Positions 26,341 to 32,000 of a stretch of 32,000 nucleotides of DNA are shown here, piece by piece (position 1 is the stretch's first letter; each line of letters opens with the position of its first letter). The DNA comes from an uncultured archaeon (GTDB lineage Archaea; Asgardarchaeota; Thorarchaeia; Thorarchaeales; Thorarchaeaceae). The notes beneath the pieces are model-generated. The model did not search any database, was not told where the DNA came from, and worked only from the letters and a program-made list of their open reading frames with translations. Location: NCBI GenBank assembly GCA_964648855.1, contig CAZYLT010000013.1, forward strand, positions 30,001 through 62,000, given 5' to 3'. A program made the position numbers and the translations under genes.

Positions 26341-26505
26341 CTATACTTTCTTGATCATCTTCTTTCTTTTGTCTAGTTCGTCTTTCGACATCTTTTCTAT
26401 GTCGTGAGCTCTTGCACCATGTGTCTTGATCTGTTCAACAGTGTCCGCCATGGTTTCGGCGGATATTACAGTATCGCACATCTGACACTTGAATTCATAC
26501 GGCAT
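26341..26505 (-). CDS. DUF1059-like small metal-binding protein (54 aa)
   Basis: Manual translation MPYEFKCQMCDTVISAETMADTVEQIKTHGARAHDIEKMSKDELDKRKKMIKKV shows CxxC...HxxxxH. It is below the ORF-track length cutoff. Confidence 0.85.
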   Translation of the reverse strand: MPYEFKCQMCDTVISAETMADTVEQIKTHGARAHDIEKMSKDELDKRKKMIKKV

Positions 26506-26782
26506 TTGTATTCACAATAGTTATTCTATCAAGCAGTCTTGTAACTTCTAGGAAACGTAACAACAATCGAATACAATGAATCTAATTAAATGCAAAAGTT
26601 CTGCATTGTTGCTCAGGGGGAATCAAAACTCAAAAACAATAAACCAGAACATGTGTGGGCGCATACATGGAAAGAAGATGAGCGTTCGAATATTGGACGA
26701 ATTTGTACAAATATGAAAACGATATGTACGCACACTACTTATTTCCCATGGAAATCACAGGTAGGGTAGGTGCCTGTCAACG

Positions 26783-29041
26783 ATGGTTAGTTTCAGGAAG
26801 ACCGAGAGCAGAGTTATAATCGGTTTTCTAATTATAATTGGCTTCGCATATCTTTTCTTCATAAGTGATCCTCCGTGGAGGACACACGGTTCTGCTCTGG
26901 CATATCATTCTGTCCTAGGATTCTTATCTGTGGTGGCAGTTGCATCAGCTACAAACAGAGTCATAATGGACCCGTCGCCTTCGCATAGAGTGTTTTTTGC
27001 CGCCACAGGGTTTCTTGCTATTATTCATCTTGGAGCTTCTTTGCTTCATATGATGCCCATGACTGAAGTTGTTGCACATACAGAATCAAAAGGAGTCTTC
27101 GTGGACATTGTGGAGATGGCGCTCCTTGGTTCAATGCTTTCTTTAGCAGCTTATCTCAATAGTGAGCCATCGAAGGAAAGACCCCTTTGGAACAAAGACA
27201 GAACAACAGCCGCTATACTTGTAATTTCGTTGGCTACATATGGCGCGGCTATTTTTGTTTCCGAGATACCCGCTCTCTCGCCTTATTTGGTGGCGAGTGG
27301 ATTCTTCATAGGATTTGCTACTTTGGGTGCATTTGTCCTTTCATGTTTCTTCGCTTTCAAGCGTCCTGTAGACATCTCTTCACATGACAGGAACCGACTG
27401 ATTGGCTCCTATCTCTTATTCAGTCTTTCAACAGTCGTACTTCTATCGGTCCTAAATTCGCCAAATAGCCTTTGGTTGTTCACAATAATCTTTCAGGCAG
27501 GTGCGCTGATTTTTATCCTCATCGCGGCAGGATACCCATTTCTACTGGATGTTGGACTTCAAGAGAATGTTGCTTATTCCTTCATAGTAGCGCTTACAGC
27601 CCTCGCGGTGGTACCTTTCATTCTTGCTCAGCTAGTGGGGTCTTGGCTTCCTATTGCGTCTTACGAGAATCAACCTCTAGGTATAATTACCCATGTTTCT
27701 GCGGGACTTCTGTCTGGGGTGTCGGGTTATATCCTCACACAGCGACTGCAAGAGAAGACGCCTTGGTATGACGGCCCAGCAATATTCGCATTGTTCTCGT
27801 GGACTCTTGTAGAATCAATCATTGTTGGCATTCGATTGTTCCAGCCGAATGGTATTGCTATGGAATCAATGGTGCCGTATTTGTTTGGAGGGGGCATTAC
27901 TTTCCTAGCACTGTCGATTGCCATTCACCGAACCCTTCAGCCACCTCACAAGGGTAAGCCCTATGGATACTCGTCTATTGGACGCATTTTATTGCTCATC
28001 ATCGCGATTCTGATTATTCTGATTGAAAGCACTCTAATCATGAGCCCGACATTACACACACTGGGGCAAAATTCGCAAGTCATTTCAGCAATTCTATACA
28101 TCATGAGTTATATTTCTGTGTTCGTAATCACTGTCTTTGTCATGCTACGGACTGCACGGGCCGGTGGCGTATACTCCGTTGAGATTGTGGGCGTAGGTTC
28201 TCTCTCACTCTGGGCTATCTCCCAAATATTGCGAGTCAACTTCTCTATATGGACTATCGGTTGGTGGGCTGCGGAGCTTTTACCATTCATAGTCTTTTTA
28301 TTCCTCCCACCTCTTGTCGCCGGATTGTACGTCGAAAAGCATCATTTGGAAGAGCGTCTAGAAACTGCTTCGAAAATCTACACGAATCTCTTAGTGGACA
28401 AAATAGACCGCCACCACAGACAAGCATTGGATTCACTCAGTGGAATACTAAGTGATGTGAGGCTCAAAGGCAGAGAGATGGAGGAGGTTTCCAGAGCGAT
28501 GACAGAGGTCTCTCGAGCAAATGATATAGTTGAGAGGTTTGACACGATAGTCAAAGGAAGAATACCTGAGGTCGAGGAAACTGGAACCATTGATTTGCAT
28601 GATGCAATGCAGGCAGCCTTTGAACAGATTTATCAAATCCACCCGCAGGTACCAAAACTGATGATGGAGGCTTGCACAAGGGAGTGCACAGTGCGGAGAG
28701 AGAAAATAGTTGTTGACCTATTCTACAATCTGCTGAAGGGGCTTCTGACAAGAATACATGCAACGTCCATTTCCGCGAGGGTGGAGAGATGCGAAGCTGA
28801 TATGTGGTGCACTGAGATTCGGATTGGAACGGATTCTGATATTCAGGATTCTTTGAGAGATTTAATCAGTCGATATCTATTCCAGGTCAGAGAGAGCAAT
28901 ATTGAGTTTCTTCTGGTCAATGAATACATGCGACTGCTAGGAGGAGATGTTGTTGTGGATGACACTGCAACGAAAGAAAGTCGTGATGCAATCATCATAA
29001 CAGTAAGGCTTCAAGCTGCCAACTTGAGTGATGAGAACTAA
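26783..29041 (+). CDS. Polytopic membrane sensor with degenerate histidine-kinase-like C-terminus
   Basis: About 16 hydrophobic segments, then a helical DHp-like region and an HATPase-like region (IDLHDAM; DLFYNLL; LVNEYMRLLGGDVVVDD; ITVRLQ) without canonical H/G boxes. Confidence 0.75.
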   Translation: MVSFRKTESRVIIGFLIIIGFAYLFFISDPPWRTHGSALAYHSVLGFLSVVAVASATNRVIMDPSPSHRVFFAATGFLAIIHLGASLLHMMPMTEVVAHTESKGVFVDIVEMALLGSMLSLAAYLNSEPSKERPLWNKDRTTAAILVISLATYGAAIFVSEIPALSPYLVASGFFIGFATLGAFVLSCFFAFKRPVDISSHDRNRLIGSYLLFSLSTVVLLSVLNSPNSLWLFTIIFQAGALIFILIAAGYPFLLDVGLQENVAYSFIVALTALAVVPFILAQLVGSWLPIASYENQPLGIITHVSAGLLSGVSGYILTQRLQEKTPWYDGPAIFALFSWTLVESIIVGIRLFQPNGIAMESMVPYLFGGGITFLALSIAIHRTLQPPHKGKPYGYSSIGRILLLIIAILIILIESTLIMSPTLHTLGQNSQVISAILYIMSYISVFVITVFVMLRTARAGGVYSVEIVGVGSLSLWAISQILRVNFSIWTIGWWAAELLPFIVFLFLPPLVAGLYVEKHHLEERLETASKIYTNLLVDKIDRHHRQALDSLSGILSDVRLKGREMEEVSRAMTEVSRANDIVERFDTIVKGRIPEVEETGTIDLHDAMQAAFEQIYQIHPQVPKLMMEACTRECTVRREKIVVDLFYNLLKGLLTRIHATSISARVERCEADMWCTEIRIGTDSDIQDSLRDLISRYLFQVRESNIEFLLVNEYMRLLGGDVVVDDTATKESRDAIIITVRLQAANLSDEN

Positions 29042-29103
29042 GATGCAACACCATTTGGAAGACATTATCAGTACTAAGCAGGAACAATTCCATGTAGATT
29101 ACC

Positions 29104-29499
29104 ATGGATGAAACTGACAAGAAATGGAAGGCAAAACTCACAACAGAGCAATTCAAGGTACTAAGACAGTGTGGCACAGAGCCCCCTTTTAGCGGAAAAT
29201 ATGTTCATCATAATGAAGAAGGAACGTACATCTGTGCAGCCTGCGGAAATGAACTATTCTCTTCAGAAACAAAATTCAAGTCTGGCAGTGGCTGGCCTAG
29301 CTTCTGGGATAAGGTCGATAAGAACGCAGTTGAAACAAGAACTGATACGAGCCATGGAATGAGAAGGACAGAGGTTGTCTGTGCAAATTGCGGCGGTCAC
29401 CTAGGACACATCTTCCAAGATGGGCCTCAGCCGACCGGGCTAAGATACTGCATAAATTCAGTCGCATTAGATTTCAAGAAGGAAGATACTGAGGAATAA
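29104..29499 (+). CDS. msrB: Peptide-methionine (R)-S-oxide reductase MsrB
   Basis: GTEPPFSG, two Zn CxxC motifs, SGSGWPSF, HLGHIF.DGP and RYCINS. Confidence 0.97.
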   Translation: MDETDKKWKAKLTTEQFKVLRQCGTEPPFSGKYVHHNEEGTYICAACGNELFSSETKFKSGSGWPSFWDKVDKNAVETRTDTSHGMRRTEVVCANCGGHLGHIFQDGPQPTGLRYCINSVALDFKKEDTEE

Positions 29500-29542
29500 T
29501 GTCCCAACGTCCTATAGCATTTGGAGCATAGTCAGATCTGAT

Positions 29543-30442
29543 GTGAAAGCAATGCGAATCGGATATGCCTGCATGAATAACACGGTTGGATGCACATCCG
29601 CCAGTACATTTCGATTGTCCTCTTGGTCAGAAGATCGCTTCAAAGAAACGGTCAAACATAATCTTGCTTGCTTAGAACGGATTTTGCAGTGGAATATAGA
29701 GAATGGCATCTACTTCTTTCGAATAACATCAGATCTCATCCCCTTCGCAAGCCATCCAGTTTGCTCCGTCGACTGGCAATCCATGTTCTCTGAACAATTT
29801 GCTCAGATTGGACGGTTCATTGCTGACAATAGTATCAGGGTGTCCATGCATCCTGGTCAGTACACTGTCCTGAACTCGAACAGAATGGACGTTGTGGAAC
29901 GCAGCATCTTTGAGCTTCAGTACCATGCTGATGTACTAGATCTCTTGAACCAAGATGCAGATGCCAAAATTGTCCTCCATATTGGTGGGGTCTATGGAAA
30001 TAAATCCAAGGCCATGAATCGCTTTGTGCAAGCCTATCAGAATCTACCTGACTCAATCCAGCGCCGTTTGATTATTGAAAACGATGAGAGGAGCTACACG
30101 GTTCCAGACTGCATTAGCATCCATGAGATGACAGGAGTCCCGATAGTTGTTGACAATCTACACCATTATGCCAACAACAATGGTGAGAGCTTCACTTCAG
30201 CATTTGATGTAGCAAAGGAGAGTTGGAGAGCAGAAGATGGTTCCCCAATCATTCACTACAGCTCTCAGGCATCTGGCGGCCGACCAGGAAAGCATGCGAT
30301 TTCTATCGATAATCGGCATTTCAAATCATTTCTTCTTTCTCTAAGAGAATATGAAATGGATATGATGCTGGAGGTGAAGGACAAAGAGAAGTCTGCAATC
30401 AAAGCAATAGCAATAGCCAAACAGATGATGCGTTCAAGCTGA
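29543..30442 (+). CDS. uvsE: UV DNA damage repair endonuclease UvsE
   Basis: RIGYAC, FRITSDLIPFASHP, SMHPGQY, HIGGVYG, IENDE, DNLHH, HYS and MLEVKDKE. Confidence 0.95.
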   Translation: MKAMRIGYACMNNTVGCTSASTFRLSSWSEDRFKETVKHNLACLERILQWNIENGIYFFRITSDLIPFASHPVCSVDWQSMFSEQFAQIGRFIADNSIRVSMHPGQYTVLNSNRMDVVERSIFELQYHADVLDLLNQDADAKIVLHIGGVYGNKSKAMNRFVQAYQNLPDSIQRRLIIENDERSYTVPDCISIHEMTGVPIVVDNLHHYANNNGESFTSAFDVAKESWRAEDGSPIIHYSSQASGGRPGKHAISIDNRHFKSFLLSLREYEMDMMLEVKDKEKSAIKAIAIAKQMMRSS

Positions 30443-30661
30443 AAAGTCAGCTAGGGTGTCCTTCAAGTTCATCATAAAGGCCTTGTCATTCTTGCTCCTC
30501 AATTCCTTAAATTTTTTCCAAGCTGCTGAACAGTTTTTGTATTCAACGCCGACAAAATCATGAATTTTCTTGTCGATTTCTTTCTTGTTGTCTGCGGTCA
30601 CCCCTATACTGAGTTCATCAAATACAGGCCCAATATATCTGAAGTAGCAGGTCACTATCAT
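30434..30661 (-). CDS. Small conserved hypothetical protein (TCYFR..YKNC..WK type)
   Basis: AGGAG RBS, protein-like composition and a 9-bp convergent overlap with uvsE. Confidence 0.7.
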   Translation of the reverse strand: MIVTCYFRYIGPVFDELSIGVTADNKKEIDKKIHDFVGVEYKNCSAAWKKFKELRSKNDKAFMMNLKDTLADFSA

Positions 30662-30842
30662 TGCATCTCCTTTTGCTAAATCAAAATACTCTATATTTTT
30701 GTTGAAAAGCCTTTGTTACCACTCTGATATGACGCTTACACCTGACAATTATTGACTGGGTGTGCAGCCGATTGGTTAAGCACTAGAGTCTGAGCCAGAT
30801 GAATGAAGGGATATGACATGGATTCAAGTCTTCCATCTTCAT

Positions 30843-31694
30843 CTATGCTGAAGTCTTCACAAAACTGCCTTGCCTGTATTCCATGAAAGCAGTACTGATT
30901 TCCTCTTGCGTGTTCATCACAATGGGCCCACGCCAGACAATAGGTTCGTTCAGTGGTTTACCAGAAACGAGTATAAACCGTGCTTGATTTGCGCCGGTTT
31001 GCACCCTAACTTGACTGCCCTCAGTGAGGACCACCAAATTACCTTTGCGAACGCTATCCTGATCAGGACCAAAAGCTGCCTCGCCCTCGACAACGTACGC
31101 AAATACAGTATGGTCTTTGTCTACTGAATGATTGAACTCCGATTTTGATGGCATCATTACATCAAGGTATTCGGGATCTACAGCTATTCCTTCAACCGGC
31201 CCTTTCATTCCCTCGACCTTTCCCGCTATTATTTTGACTCGGATTCCATCGTCGAGTTCAACTTCAGGAATGTCATCTTCTATCAGCCCTCTGTACATCG
31301 GATCCGTCATCTTTTTCGAGGATGGCAAATTTACCCAGAGTTGAAGGCCTCTTATTCTGTCTTCGTCAGGATCAGGCATCTCTTGGTGGATTATGCCACT
31401 TCCGGCTGTCATCCATTGAACCTCACCCGGGTGTATGACCCCGGAGCCCCCCGTGCTGTCTTCGTGTGCCACCTTTCCTTCTAGCATGTAGGTTACGGTT
31501 TCGATTCCGCGATGGGGATGCCACGGAAAACCCGCCTTAAACTCATCTGGGTTATCAGATCCAAAGTCGTCAAGAAGCAGGAAGGGATCCATTATATCAG
31601 TATCAAGATGGCCCATAGCGCGACGAACTGTCACTCCTGCGCCTTCTTTCATCTCTCGACCTTGTTGGACTCTGAATACTCGTCTAACAGTCAT
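30843..31694 (-). CDS. Pirin family protein
   Basis: EGAGVTVRR, DPFLLLD, GFPWHPHRGIETVT, WMTAGSGIIHQE, QLWVNLP and GPIVMNT. Confidence 0.96.
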   Translation of the reverse strand: MTVRRVFRVQQGREMKEGAGVTVRRAMGHLDTDIMDPFLLLDDFGSDNPDEFKAGFPWHPHRGIETVTYMLEGKVAHEDSTGGSGVIHPGEVQWMTAGSGIIHQEMPDPDEDRIRGLQLWVNLPSSKKMTDPMYRGLIEDDIPEVELDDGIRVKIIAGKVEGMKGPVEGIAVDPEYLDVMMPSKSEFNHSVDKDHTVFAYVVEGEAAFGPDQDSVRKGNLVVLTEGSQVRVQTGANQARFILVSGKPLNEPIVWRGPIVMNTQEEISTAFMEYRQGSFVKTSA

Positions 31695-32000
31695 TTTGCA
31701 GGCAGCTCCATAGTAGAATAATTAACAATAGCAAACTAATAAGGGCATTGTTGTGTGTCAATCCGTATAAAGACAGTAGCAGATGTAAAGGAAGTAACTA
31801 GGAAAACAAAATGAATTATTCATCGCGAGGTTGAAATAAATCAAAAAAAGCGGAGACTATGAGGGCTTCCAAGTGTAGTGCAGCAGCAGGGGCTCCAAAA
31901 AAGCATCTGCTGACAATAATCCCCGGCTTTGATTTGGTTTCTAGAGAACCCGCGATTGTTGGGCCCCTAGTTGATTCCCCCAGACCCAATGCGTCCGTCA

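Noticed and set aside
29104-29499. Selenocysteine-type MsrB
   Set aside because: The catalytic residue is Cys (TGC in RYCINS).
31880-31970. TPP or c-di-GMP riboswitch, SRP RNA or RNase P RNA
   Set aside because: The core consensus elements (CUGAGA/CCUGAU, GGGACGCAAAGC, SRP helix 8, RNase P P4) are absent.
1-32000. CRISPR array, tRNA/rRNA, transposase/integrase, and the many short nested ORFs in the track
   Set aside because: No spaced direct repeats, cloverleaf/T-loop motif or recombinase motifs were seen by eye. The nested ORFs are alternative-frame shadows of well-supported genes.

Overview
This is a gene-dense prokaryotic window, most likely archaeal. GGAG/GGTGA ribosome-binding sites, an MTH1675-like protein, a stand-alone and a tandem Lrp/AsnC protein, a Tk-subtilisin-like protease and many N-glycosylation sequons in surface proteins point that way; an Asgard/Thorarchaeota-like host is an inference only. 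There are three blocks. (1) 0.3-5.6 kb, metabolism: EamA transporter, PK_C-like protein, VOC enzyme, TPP-dependent E1 alpha/beta without adjacent E2/E3, nitrilase-family amidase and an Lrp ligand-binding domain. (2) About 5.7-19.7 kb, exported/surface proteins: two tandem paralogous type I membrane proteins whose motif order recalls eukaryotic GLMP/NCU-G1-type supersandwich proteins, a membrane-anchored wHTH regulator, a tandem Lrp-like regulator, a small Ca-motif protein, a Zn-PLC/S1-P1-fold enzyme, a subtilisin lacking its I9 propeptide, a lamin-tail/gluzincin protease and an Ig-repeat protein. Several of these genes end in strong 3' hairpins. (3) 20-31.7 kb, housekeeping and stress: thiamine-binding protein, Thr/Ser dehydratase, cluster-less MutY-like glycosylase, ferric-reductase-like cytochrome b, Ldh_2, DUF362, a degenerate sensor-kinase-like protein, MsrB, UvsE and pirin. 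Two small ORFs missing from the ORF track were found by eye: a 54-aa DUF1059-like protein and a 20-aa Lys-rich microprotein. No tRNA, rRNA, CRISPR array or transposase was seen. Family assignments come from motif recognition and recalled sequences; no searches were run.
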